A DNA stretch of 40,705 bases from a virus (taxonomy: Duplodnaviria; Caudoviricetes), in IMG/VR virus record IMGVR_UViG_3300036778_000215, positions 1-40,705 of that record, one strand, 5' to 3'. Positions within the stretch are counted from its first letter, which is position 1. Every line of letters starts with the position of its first letter. The notes beneath the pieces were generated by a model. That model had not been told where the DNA came from. It saw nothing but the letters and a program-made list of their open reading frames with translations, and ran no database searches. Shown one piece after another: positions 7,751 through 16,413 of the stretch. Both the position numbers and the translations under genes were made by a program.

Positions 7751-8300
7751 CGAACCTCTGTGGAAAGTAGAACGCCAACCAGCCTGGCTGGTGGCCGCAA
7801 TCAAGAAGTCCATCACCGATCTGCAGGGTGGCTACACCGAAGCTGCTGACTGGCTAGGGGCTACCGAAAACGCTTTATTCAACCGTCTGCGTACTGACGG
7901 CGATCAGATTTTCCCGCTCGGCTGGGCGATGGTGTTGCAGCAGGCTGGTGGAACTCACCACGTTGCTGATGCTGTGGCGCGCCATTCTGGTGGCGTATTT
8001 GTTCCGCTGGTGGAGCTGGACGATGTGGCGAATGCAGACATCAACGATCGTCTGCTTGAGACGATGGAATGGATGGGGCGACATTCACAGATGATTAGGG
8101 GGTTCATCGCTGATGGCGTTATCGACGAAAAAGAAAAGCAGGCGATTGACGAGAACAGCTATCAGGTAATGGCTAAGTGGCAGGAACACATCACGCTGCT
8201 GTTTCGCGTTTTCTGTCAGCCAGAAAAGAGTGACGCCCGCGAGTGTGCAGCTCCGGGCGTCGTGGCAGATAAATCATTGTGTATGGAGAAATCCGCATGA
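7743..8300 (+). CDS. YmfL/CII-like regulatory protein
   Basis: [29 protein letters not shown]; position after cro; GTG start 7743. Confidence 0.8.
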   Translation: MGNEPLWKVERQPAWLVAAIKKSITDLQGGYTEAADWLGATENALFNRLRTDGDQIFPLGWAMVLQQAGGTHHVADAVARHSGGVFVPLVELDDVANADINDRLLETMEWMGRHSQMIRGFIADGVIDEKEKQAIDENSYQVMAKWQEHITLLFRVFCQPEKSDARECAAPGVVADKSLCMEKSA

Positions 8301-8503
8301 GCAATTTAACCGCAAATTATCAGCGTTCGCAACTCCGCGCTCTACCTATTCGTGGTGGCAGGGGCGAGGTCATGTATTGCTATGCCGTAAGAGTACCCGG
8401 TGGCTGGGCACAGGTGAACCACAGTTTCACCGAGTGGGCTGTGGGTGACTTCAACGGGCAGGCCAAACAGGAGAAGAACGATGACAGCGCTAATCTGCAT
8501 TGA
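8297..8503 (+). CDS. Small hypothetical protein
   Basis: ATGA overlap with the upstream gene and ATGGAG RBS. Confidence 0.65.
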   Translation: MSNLTANYQRSQLRALPIRGGRGEVMYCYAVRVPGGWAQVNHSFTEWAVGDFNGQAKQEKNDDSANLH

Positions 8504-9179
8504 TTCGACCCAGATTCGCCAGGACGACGGCGGTCGCTTTTGCCTGAATGACCTACATCGTGCTGCTGGCGGTGAGCGCCGTCATGAACCTTCGTTCTGG
8601 CGTAACCTCCATCAAACCGAAAGCCTTGTTCAGTTATTAGGCGATACAGGAATCCCTGTATCGGTCATCCGGGGCGGGCTTCAGCAGGGGACGTATGTCT
8701 GTAAAGAGCTGGTGTACTCCTACGCCATGTGGATTAGCCCCGAATTTAACCTCAAGGTGATTCGCACCTTTGACGCCGCTCAGTCCACCAGCGTACCGCA
8801 AACACTTCCTGAAGCGTTGCGCCTGGCTGCCGATATGGCTGAGCAGAACGCCCAACTTGAGCACAAGGTGCAGCAGGATGCGCCGAAGGTGGCATTTGTC
8901 GAGCACTACGTGGATGCCGCAGGCGCAAAAAGCCTCCGCGAGACGGCGAAGATCCTCAACATGCCGGAAAAGGCGATGATTGACGCGCTGCTGCGCGACA
9001 AGGTGCTGTTCCGTCAGTCCGGCAATCTGCTGCCACATGCCCTGCGCCAGCGCGAAGGTCTGTTCACCGTCAAAACCGGAACATCTGACTTCGGTCATGC
9101 CTACACCCAAACCCGCGTAACACCTCGCGGCGTCCAGTGGATTGCCGAACGCTACGCCTCTGAACTTATGGGAGGCTGA
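8481..9179 (+). CDS. KilA-N / KilAC (Roi/antirepressor-like) DNA-binding protein
   Basis: [41 protein letters not shown]. Confidence 0.9.
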   Translation: MTALICIDSTQIRQDDGGRFCLNDLHRAAGGERRHEPSFWRNLHQTESLVQLLGDTGIPVSVIRGGLQQGTYVCKELVYSYAMWISPEFNLKVIRTFDAAQSTSVPQTLPEALRLAADMAEQNAQLEHKVQQDAPKVAFVEHYVDAAGAKSLRETAKILNMPEKAMIDALLRDKVLFRQSGNLLPHALRQREGLFTVKTGTSDFGHAYTQTRVTPRGVQWIAERYASELMGG

Positions 9180-9180
9180 C

Positions 9181-9360
9181 GTGGAAGAGCAAACCAAAAC
9201 TATCGACCGTCTGTACAAAGACCACCACGGCATTGTTGTACACGTCATCAGGTATGAAGAAGACAGCCAGAAGGTGATTTACCGTCGTCCGGGTTACGAG
9301 TGGGAATGCTCGGCCCCGTTGATTTTGTTCCGGTCCCGATTCACGAGGATAGATAAGTGA
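9181..9360 (+). CDS. DUF4222-like small protein
   Basis: YKD.HG..VHVI.Y...VIYRRPGY; GGAGG RBS before GTG 9181. Confidence 0.75.
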   Translation: MEEQTKTIDRLYKDHHGIVVHVIRYEEDSQKVIYRRPGYEWECSAPLILFRSRFTRIDK

Positions 9361-10238
9361 GTGTTAAATTATCCGCATACGTCTGGGATGGCTGTGCATC
9401 TTCTGGCATGAAACTGTCGAGCGTGGCTATCATGGCTCGCTTGGCTGATTTCAGCAATGACGAAGGCGTGTCGTGGCCTTCCATTGAAACTATTGCCCGC
9501 CAGCTCGGTGCTGGCCCAAGCACGGTAAGAACAGCAATCGCGAAGCTGGAGGCTGACGGCTGGTTAACCCGCACAGCGCGCCGCAAAGGGAACCGTAACG
9601 CATCGAACGTTTACCAGCTCAATGTGGCGAAACTTCAGGCTGCTGCGTTTTCTCACCTGTCAGAATCTGACGCGTCAAAATCTGATGCATCAAAATCTGA
9701 CCCGTCAAAATCCGATGCGTCGAAATCGGGCAAAAACCAGCAGTTTGACCCTCCAAAATCTGGCGGGGATCCGTCAGTAAATTCAACTACAGATCCATCA
9801 AGTAAATCTAAAACCCCTTGTCCGGTTGCGCCGCAACCCGACCCGGAAGTGTTGATCACCGATCAGGCGATTGAGGTTTTAACCCACCTGAACCAGGTCA
9901 GCGGATCACGCTATCAAAAATCACGAACCTCTCTTGAGAACATTCGGGGCCGAATCCGCGAGGGCTACAGCGTCAGCGATCTGAAACTGGTTATCGACCT
10001 GAAGCACGAGCACTGGAACGGCAACGACGAGCAGTACCAGTACATGCGCCCTGAAACGCTGTTTGGCCCGAAGAAGTTCGAAGGTTATCTGTCCAGTGCC
10101 ATTCGCTGGGAGAAAAAGGGCCGTCCGGCGCGGAAGGAGTGGGATAAAAACCGTGAGCGGGATATTAACGACATCAGCAAGTTCGACAATCGCGTACCGC
10201 CTGGATTCCGTGGACATGACCCGAAGGAGTGGCAGTGA
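9357..10238 (+). CDS. Phage replication initiator (N-terminal HTH, conserved phage C-terminal domain)
   Basis: LADFSNDEGVSWPS, SDASK repeats, YMRPETLF.P.KFEGYL. Confidence 0.9.
   Translation: MSVKLSAYVWDGCASSGMKLSSVAIMARLADFSNDEGVSWPSIETIARQLGAGPSTVRTAIAKLEADGWLTRTARRKGNRNASNVYQLNVAKLQAAAFSHLSESDASKSDASKSDPSKSDASKSGKNQQFDPPKSGGDPSVNSTTDPSSKSKTPCPVAPQPDPEVLITDQAIEVLTHLNQVSGSRYQKSRTSLENIRGRIREGYSVSDLKLVIDLKHEHWNGNDEQYQYMRPETLFGPKKFEGYLSSAIRWEKKGRPARKEWDKNRERDINDISKFDNRVPPGFRGHDPKEWQ
9660..9734 (+). repeat. Five 15-bp tandem repeats, putative origin iterons
   Basis: TCAGAATCTGACGCG / TCAAAATCTGATGCA / TCAAAATCTGACCCG / TCAAAATCCGATGCG / TCGAAATCGGGCAAA inside the initiator gene. Confidence 0.8.
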
Positions 10239-11116
10239 AGACAATGACCATCAACAAATATTGCCAGGCACTGGCAGAACTGCGCATTCAATCAGCTCAC
10301 GAGCTGAAAGAGGTAGGCGATCAGTGGCGCACTCCGGATCTGCTGTTTTGGGGTATCAATGCTCTATTTGGCCCACTGGTTCTCGATCTATTTGCTGACG
10401 ACAGCAACGCTAAATGCCCCGCATGGTACACCGCCGAAGAAAACTCGCTGACGCAGGACTGGTCCGAACGTCTGGTCGAACTGGGTGGAGCCGCATTCGG
10501 CAACCCACCTTATAGCCGCTCGCAGTACCATGAAAAACAGGCTATCACCGGCATGACTCACATCATGAATCACACTATGGCAATGCGCGAGTTGGGTGGG
10601 CGTTATGTTTTCCTTATCAAAGCTGCGACGAGTGAAACATGGTGGCCTGAAGAGGCTGATCACGTTGCTTTCATCCGTGGTCGTATTGGCTTCGATTTAC
10701 CGACATGGTTTGTTCCGCTCGATGAGAAACAGCAGCCCAGCGGTGCTTTCTTCGCGGGGGCCATTGCAGTCTTTGATAAATCATGGCGCGGGGAAAGGTT
10801 CAGTTACATCAGCCGCACCGATCTGGAGGCCAAGGGGCGGGCATTTATGGCGCTGGCGCAGTTTGCTGTCGGCAAAACTCCAGCGCCTGAAGAGACGGTG
10901 CAGCCACCAGTAACGGAAAATATCCCGGTCATTGAATATGTGATCTATCCGCTGGAGGTGCGTCTCCTGTTTGATGCTGTTCCAGGTGGTGACGATCTGG
11001 ATCCGTTCACACAGGCAGATATAAAGAACCACATCAAAGCCCGTTGGCTAGAGCGTGCGACTCGAGAAGATATTCTCACTGAGTGCGCCGCGATGATTGG
11101 GGTTAAAGCAGCATGA
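10235..11116 (+). CDS. Phage N6-adenine DNA methyltransferase (Dam-like)
   Basis: DQWRTP, LDLFA, NPPY, RGRIGF; GTGA overlap with the upstream stop. Confidence 0.92.
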   Translation: MKTMTINKYCQALAELRIQSAHELKEVGDQWRTPDLLFWGINALFGPLVLDLFADDSNAKCPAWYTAEENSLTQDWSERLVELGGAAFGNPPYSRSQYHEKQAITGMTHIMNHTMAMRELGGRYVFLIKAATSETWWPEEADHVAFIRGRIGFDLPTWFVPLDEKQQPSGAFFAGAIAVFDKSWRGERFSYISRTDLEAKGRAFMALAQFAVGKTPAPEETVQPPVTENIPVIEYVIYPLEVRLLFDAVPGGDDLDPFTQADIKNHIKARWLERATREDILTECAAMIGVKAA

Positions 11117-12138
11117 GGGCGCTACTGACTCCAGAAGTAGTACCGCGCCTCGGCGTGGTGCTTCTCAAGCCAGGTAAGGAGTTGATGCGCCTGTTTTCCG
11201 GTGGTCGCGTGCTGGTCGAGTCTGAACCAAAGAATATGGCCCGCCTGGAAAGCGGGCGCGTGCCTGAAGCTCGCCAACCGTTGGCTGAGGATAAGGTACT
11301 CGAGTCATTTTTCACTGATGAACGAGTGATCAATGCTGCTGGTGGACTTCCCGGACTGGAATACTGGCTTGAGCACAGCGTCAGCGGTTGCCAGTACCCG
11401 CATTCGGATTACCACCATCATGAACTGGTCACCATGCGTCACGCGCCGGGCGCGATGCTGCTTTGCTGGCACTGTGAAAACCAGCTTCGCGAACAGTTTA
11501 CTGAACAGCTGGCAACATTGGCACGTCGCAATCTCATCAACTGGATTATCGATACCGTACTGGCTCGCCTGCGGTTCAACTGCGACCGGGAATTATCGCT
11601 CGCTGAACTATGCTGGTGGGCGGTATATGCCGGTGTCGGCGACGCTATACCAGAAGATATGGCAACGCAGGCGTTAATGATGCCTGTTGAGCCTATCCCC
11701 ACTGTTTACAAAGAAAGTGACATTGTTCCGACTGTACCTGCCACCAGCATTCTGCAGCAGAAATCCAGTAAGGTCGAACCCATCCAGGAACAGCCGAATG
11801 TGCTGGCGCTGCGCGCGGATCCTGAATCGCCGGAATCATATATGCTGCGGCCTAAGCGCCGCCGCTGGGAGAACGAAACATACACGCGGTGGGTGAAGAC
11901 TCAGCCGTGTGAATGCTGCCGCCGACCGGCAGACGACCCGCACCATATAATTGGGCAAGGGATGGGCGGTACCGCCACCAAAGCCCATGACCTGTTCGTG
12001 TTCCCTCTGTGCAGAGAGTGCCACGACAAATTGCATGCCGATGTTGCGGCGTTCGAGCAGAAATATGGCTCGCAGATGGAGCTGCTGTTTCGTTTTCTGG
12101 ATCGGGCGCTGGCAATCGGCGTAATCGTTAAAGCGTAA
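11113..12138 (+). CDS. DUF968/YdfU family protein with C-terminal HNH-like zinc finger
   Basis: MRALLTPE start, LCWHC, PCECC..ADDPHH, PLCRECH. Confidence 0.9.
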   Translation: MRALLTPEVVPRLGVVLLKPGKELMRLFSGGRVLVESEPKNMARLESGRVPEARQPLAEDKVLESFFTDERVINAAGGLPGLEYWLEHSVSGCQYPHSDYHHHELVTMRHAPGAMLLCWHCENQLREQFTEQLATLARRNLINWIIDTVLARLRFNCDRELSLAELCWWAVYAGVGDAIPEDMATQALMMPVEPIPTVYKESDIVPTVPATSILQQKSSKVEPIQEQPNVLALRADPESPESYMLRPKRRRWENETYTRWVKTQPCECCRRPADDPHHIIGQGMGGTATKAHDLFVFPLCRECHDKLHADVAAFEQKYGSQMELLFRFLDRALAIGVIVKA

Positions 12139-12157
12139 TTGTATGGAGCGCTGAGCA

Positions 12158-12910
12158 ATGAATTTAGAATCATTACCACAGTATTTCTCTCCCAAATCGA
12201 TGATGCCTGGAGCTGTACCGTGTGGCATTACGGCGGACACGCTTACCATCACTGACATTATGGCAGCGCTTGGACTGGCAAATTCAAAAGCAGCGGTTGG
12301 TATTGAGCTATTTTTGGCAAAGGCGGGCGTTCTGAGTCCTGACGACATTGTTGCCTATATTGGACAGATAGCGCTGTTGCGTGCTGACCGCCATTCAGCC
12401 CTGAAAAAGATGCCAGAAAAGCAGCGATATGAATTTCTGCGTATTATCGCTCGATATGTGTTTCGCGACTACTCACTGAGCGCCGCCAGTATCGTTACGT
12501 GCAGCAGTTGCGCCGGGGAAGGGTTTATCGATGCGGAGGTTTTCACAATGAAGTCCTGGCGCATTCGTGATAGCTGGATGCCGCAAGAGCAGGATCGGGA
12601 AATTGTCCGGGTTATCTGCAAACCTTGTAACGGCAAAGGCCACATCAAAAACGAATGCCGCTGCCGGGGGCGTGGAGAGGTAGTGGATAAAAAGAAAAGT
12701 GAGTTGCAGGGATTACCTGTCTACAAGCCATGTCCGCGCTGTAAGGGAAGGGGCTATCCAAGGCTGAAAGATACTGAAGTATTCAAGGCGCTAGGGGTCA
12801 CGGAGACAACGTGGCGCCGGAACTTTAAATTGTTCTATGAGCGACTGGTTACGCATTGTCACATGGAAGAGTCCTATGCTGAGTCGGTACTGAAAAACGT
12901 TACTCGCTAA
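12158..12910 (+). CDS. Q: Late antitermination protein Q
   Basis: MNLESLPQYFSPKS start, repeated CxxCxGxG zinc motifs, directly upstream of pR'. Confidence 0.88.
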   Translation: MNLESLPQYFSPKSMMPGAVPCGITADTLTITDIMAALGLANSKAAVGIELFLAKAGVLSPDDIVAYIGQIALLRADRHSALKKMPEKQRYEFLRIIARYVFRDYSLSAASIVTCSSCAGEGFIDAEVFTMKSWRIRDSWMPQEQDREIVRVICKPCNGKGHIKNECRCRGRGEVVDKKKSELQGLPVYKPCPRCKGRGYPRLKDTEVFKALGVTETTWRRNFKLFYERLVTHCHMEESYAESVLKNVTR

Positions 12911-12915
12911 TCTCC

Positions 12916-12960
12916 TTGCAAATGTGGCGGTTTTTGGCTAGTCTCATCCCAACGATGGGA
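12916..12960 (+). promoter_or_regulatory. Late promoter pR' with sigma70 pause element
   Basis: TTGCAA (12916)-17 bp-TAGTCT (12939), then AACGATGGG at 12951 as in lambda pR'. Confidence 0.85.
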
Positions 12961-12990
12961 TTCTATGCTCATAACGTTACGAAAAATCAG

Positions 12991-13014
12991 ACCTCGCCTC
13001 GGCGGGGTTTTTTT
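12991..13014 (+). terminator. tR' terminator
   Basis: ACCTCGCC-TC-GGCGGGGT plus T run. Confidence 0.85.
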
Positions 13015-13135
13015 ATGCCCGCAATTCACCACCAGCGCATTAGTTGCGCTGTCAGTCGCCAATACACCGTTTCATCTTGCTGCCGTTCCGAACCAGAGTT
13101 ATCCGTATGCCAACGGAAACGAATGGAAATTAACG

Positions 13136-13330
13136 ATGTTAAAACAGCAAGATATGACAGAAGCCGCTAAAGCGGTCTTAAACGAGTTGAGCGCTGAACC
13201 TGCAACGGTGGGTGAGATTGCACAGAATACACACCTGACGCGCGAACACTGCCAGTTGATACTGACGCAGTTGGTGATGGCGGGGTTATCGGATTACCAG
13301 TTAGGGTGTTATATGCGCCTCCGCGCGTGA
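13136..13330 (+). CDS. Small winged-helix-like protein
   Basis: 64 aa, PATVGEIAQNTHLT...LTQLV..GL. Confidence 0.75.
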   Translation: MLKQQDMTEAAKAVLNELSAEPATVGEIAQNTHLTREHCQLILTQLVMAGLSDYQLGCYMRLRA

Positions 13331-13479
13331 CGGCGGAGATAATTGCTGTGAAATGGGCGGCTGGTGGGTGTTGACGCATCCACCAGCCATTCGCTCATGC
13401 CAGAGGTCACAGGCGAACCATAGCCCACCGCTTTAACGTTAAAGCAGAGTGAGCTTAGTAGATGGACGCTTATTGATCT

Positions 13480-14532
13480 ATGAATTCGACTGTAAATTTA
13501 TCCAGCCCTGTACTGGTAAACGCTGATTCTCTCCAGTACATCAAAACGCTACCTGATTACAGCATCGACCTCATTTGTACCGATCCGCCATATTTCAAAG
13601 TAAAGCCGCACTGCTGGGATAACCAGTGGAGCGGTGATGCCGATTACCTCCTCTGGCTTGATGCGTATCTTGCAGAGTTCTGGCGGGTGTTGAAACCGAC
13701 GGGCAGCCTGTACCTGTTTTGTGGCCACCGTCTTGCGTCCGACATTGAGATCATGATGCGTGCGCGCTTTGACGTTCTGAACCATATCGTCTGGGCTAAA
13801 CCGTCGGGCCGCTGGAATGGCTGCTGCAAAGAAGAATTGCGCGCTTATTTCCCTGCGACTGAGCGGATCCTGTTTGCTGGTCATTATCAGGGACCGTACA
13901 AAGGCAAAAGCGACGGTTATGCGGAAAAGTGCAGTGACCTGAAACAGCACATCATGACTCCGCTTATCAGCTACTTTCGTGATGCGCGTGAAAGCCTGGG
14001 CGTAACATCAAAGCAAATTGCCGATGCCACAGGTAAGCGCAACATGGTGTCGCACTGGTTCAATGCCAGCCAGTGGCAGTTGCCGGGTGAGGGTGATTAC
14101 GCAAAGTTGCAGGCGCTGTTTGACCAGATAGCCCGAGAAAAGTACGCGCAGCAGCTGCTTGACGAGCCACACCATCAACTGGTGGAAAAATACCACGTTC
14201 TCAATCGAACCTACGTCGAGCTGATGCAGGAATTTAAATCACTGCGACGCTATTTCGCGGTGTCTGTTGCGGTTCCCTATACCGATGTCTGGACACACAA
14301 GCCTGTCCAGTTCTACCCAGGTAAGCACCCATGCGAAAAGCCCGCCGATATGCTGGAGCAGATTATCAGCGCCAGCAGCAGGCCGGGTGATGTGGTGGCT
14401 GACTTCTTTATGGGGTCAGGTTCGACTGTAAAGGCGGCGCTGCGGTTAGGACGAAAATCCATCGGTGTGGAGCTGGAGGCTGAACGGTTTAACCAGACGG
14501 TTAACGAAATCGAGTCGCTCGCTGACAGCTAA
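13480..14532 (+). CDS. Orphan N6/N4 DNA methyltransferase (beta class)
   Basis: DPPY precedes HPCEKP and DFFMGSGST; no cognate endonuclease nearby. Confidence 0.93.
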   Translation: MNSTVNLSSPVLVNADSLQYIKTLPDYSIDLICTDPPYFKVKPHCWDNQWSGDADYLLWLDAYLAEFWRVLKPTGSLYLFCGHRLASDIEIMMRARFDVLNHIVWAKPSGRWNGCCKEELRAYFPATERILFAGHYQGPYKGKSDGYAEKCSDLKQHIMTPLISYFRDARESLGVTSKQIADATGKRNMVSHWFNASQWQLPGEGDYAKLQALFDQIAREKYAQQLLDEPHHQLVEKYHVLNRTYVELMQEFKSLRRYFAVSVAVPYTDVWTHKPVQFYPGKHPCEKPADMLEQIISASSRPGDVVADFFMGSGSTVKAALRLGRKSIGVELEAERFNQTVNEIESLADS

Positions 14533-14756
14533 CGACTCACAACATGAGCCGAATACTTGGGTCATTCAACTCATCGATTATGTCCGCAAGGTTCAGGGAA
14601 CTCATCCTTGTTCCAAGTTTATTGGCATACCATGAGATGAATATTTACTTTTAAATAAAATATTCAATCAATATTATTTAACAATCATTAAAGTAGTAGC
14701 ACTCAATAACTACATATGCTCTGGTCACATTAGGGCGATGTTCAAAAGGTGATACT

Positions 14757-15053
14757 ATGAAAAAAACTATTCTGGCTTTAGCTTTCACTACTGTGGCACT
14801 TCCAGCCTTTGCTAACCATCCGATTGCCCGTGGCGCTGTGGTTGCTTCATCTGACCATCCTGTCGCTATGGCTGCCGCTACCAGCGGAAATGGAGTGCAT
14901 CCGGTTGCTCGCGGGGCAGTTATTGCTGGTTCAGATCATCCTGCAGCTATGGCCGTAGCTACTGGCAGCAATGGCCGCCATCCTGTAGCAAGAGGCGCTG
15001 TAATTGCTTCCTCCGACCATCCACTGGCGGCAGCGGCTGTAACGTCTCATTAA
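14757..15053 (+). CDS. Secreted His-Pro repeat protein (moron)
   Basis: Sec signal MKKTILALAFTTVALPAFA, three 27-aa repeats, AT-rich upstream region and own terminator. Confidence 0.8.
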   Translation: MKKTILALAFTTVALPAFANHPIARGAVVASSDHPVAMAAATSGNGVHPVARGAVIAGSDHPAAMAVATGSNGRHPVARGAVIASSDHPLAAAAVTSH

Positions 15054-15129
15054 TTGAGTTAGTCGTTCACTGACAGCTACCGGCTTAATCTGTAAGCCGA
15101 ATAATTAGAGTATTCGGATCAAACCCTCA

Positions 15130-15158
15130 AGCCTCGGCATCTGCCGGGGTTTTCTTTT
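15130..15158 (+). terminator. Rho-independent terminator
   Basis: GCCTCGGCA-TC-TGCCGGGGT plus T-rich tail. Confidence 0.8.
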
Positions 15159-15171
15159 ATATGGAGTTTAT

Positions 15172-15432
15172 ATGTCTTTTAAATTCGGTTTAAACCAGCT
15201 GGTGGAAATTTTCGTCAGTGGTGAGTTTGGAGCAGTTAAGGCTCGTGCAGAGTACGCCAACGGTGCAGAGAACGGGTACTACGTTCACTATAAAGCGGGC
15301 GACGGTCGTGCGGTGACGCAGTGGGTCGATGAAAGCGACCTGGTGATGGTTGAAGCAGAAGAAAGTCCGGGTCAGCCTGTCTACGGCACTACGGAATTGC
15401 CGAAAGGTGCTGTGACGCAGTCAGCGTGCTAA
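15172..15432 (+). CDS. Hypothetical protein, possible SH3/Tudor-like barrel
   Basis: ATGGAG RBS; FGLNQLVE...G.VK...W.DESDL pattern. Confidence 0.7.
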   Translation: MSFKFGLNQLVEIFVSGEFGAVKARAEYANGAENGYYVHYKAGDGRAVTQWVDESDLVMVEAEESPGQPVYGTTELPKGAVTQSAC

Positions 15433-15516
15433 AAGAACAGAACACCAACAGCTAGCGAAGTTTTAGCCCGAGCCTGATAAAATGGTGTGAATTTATGCGT
15501 TGATGATGGAGGCTTG

Positions 15517-16086
15517 ATGAACGAGATCCCCAAGGAATATTTTCTGAGCGCTGACGATGACCTTGTTGATTATTTAGAAAAGCAAGGAGAGGAGTCACTC
15601 AAAGAAACCTTAAAGTCAAACGCAACTAATATCGAAAATGGTTATAAGTTGCTCAGCATCCAAATTGTTGGCATAGGTTCGGCATTCCTGCTTTTAACGC
15701 AGAAAACAAGCTGGGATTTTCTTGCAGTGGGAATCGCTGTATTTACTTTTTTATGGACTTGGTGTGCCATATATCTGGTATGTTCCGGTTTATCTGTAAA
15801 ATTAAGGGCGCAGACATTTTCGCCTCCAGATTGTCTTTATACGGAAAAGTACAAACACATTAATGATAACCATTATCAGGCATTTGAAAGCGTCGGGTAT
15901 AAAGGCGATCGAAATGTACTCTCTGTTATAAGGCGCTATCATCTTGTGGACCTTTCAGATACGTCCCGAGAATTGCTTGAACTTAATCATCATTTACGCA
16001 CCAGCCTTGATAGGGCGAGGATCTTGACAATCCTCACCCCTGTTGTATCTATAATCGCGTCAGCAATTACTTTTTGCCTTTCTTAA
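15517..16086 (+). CDS. Membrane protein with about 3 hydrophobic helices
   Basis: GGAGG before ATG 15517; AT-rich; hydrophobic segments. Confidence 0.75.
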   Translation: MNEIPKEYFLSADDDLVDYLEKQGEESLKETLKSNATNIENGYKLLSIQIVGIGSAFLLLTQKTSWDFLAVGIAVFTFLWTWCAIYLVCSGLSVKLRAQTFSPPDCLYTEKYKHINDNHYQAFESVGYKGDRNVLSVIRRYHLVDLSDTSRELLELNHHLRTSLDRARILTILTPVVSIIASAITFCLS

Positions 16087-16219
16087 GATTCTCTGCGGAA
16101 TCGCCGACAAAGATACGTTTGGTTGCGAACTCTTGGAGCGTAGTCTGCTGAGTAGTCGTTTTCTTTTCTGTTTCAGTCTGTGGTTTGCTGTCAGACTGCT
16201 TCTGGTTGTTTTCGGACAT
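16067..16219 (-). CDS. 50-aa hydrophilic peptide, not in the ORF track
   Basis: GAGGA RBS; MSENNQKQSDSKPQTETEKKTTTQQTTLQEFATKRIFVGDSAENLKKGKK. Confidence 0.6.
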   Translation of the reverse strand: MSENNQKQSDSKPQTETEKKTTTQQTTLQEFATKRIFVGDSAENLKKGKK

Positions 16220-16369
16220 AAAATCCTCTGTAGTTGATAGGGTTATCTTTGGCGATTTAACAATATCAAATGCAGGTATTTACTACCAGAACAGCAACTG
16301 ATCAGATTGTGCATAGGCGGCGTTCTCCCGTATCTGCGCTCACCACACTACTATGATGAATTTCAACTC

Positions 16370-16395
16370 AGCCCCGTTTTGCGGGGTTTTCTTTT
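16370..16395 (+). terminator. Rho-independent terminator
   Basis: GCCCCG-TTTTG-CGGGGT plus T-rich tail. Confidence 0.75.
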
Positions 16396-16413
16396 ATATG
16401 GAGATTATCCGTA

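Noticed and set aside
9660-9734. SDASK peptide repeat as a novel protein repeat
   Set aside because: Explained by lambdoid origin iterons within the initiator gene.
14533-14756. tRNA genes, often found after the late methyltransferase in lambdoid phages
   Set aside because: No T-loop (GTTCGA)/acceptor-stem cloverleaf could be built; the region looks like an AT-rich promoter.
14757-15053. His-Pro repeat protein as a RiPP precursor for the nearby glycosyltransferases
   Set aside because: It has an ordinary Sec signal, is separated from the GT genes by two terminators, and no peptidase or transporter is present.
15517-16086. Membrane protein as the missing holin
   Set aside because: Larger than typical holins, has a long soluble loop, is AT-rich and moron-like, and is far from the lysin; not fully excluded.
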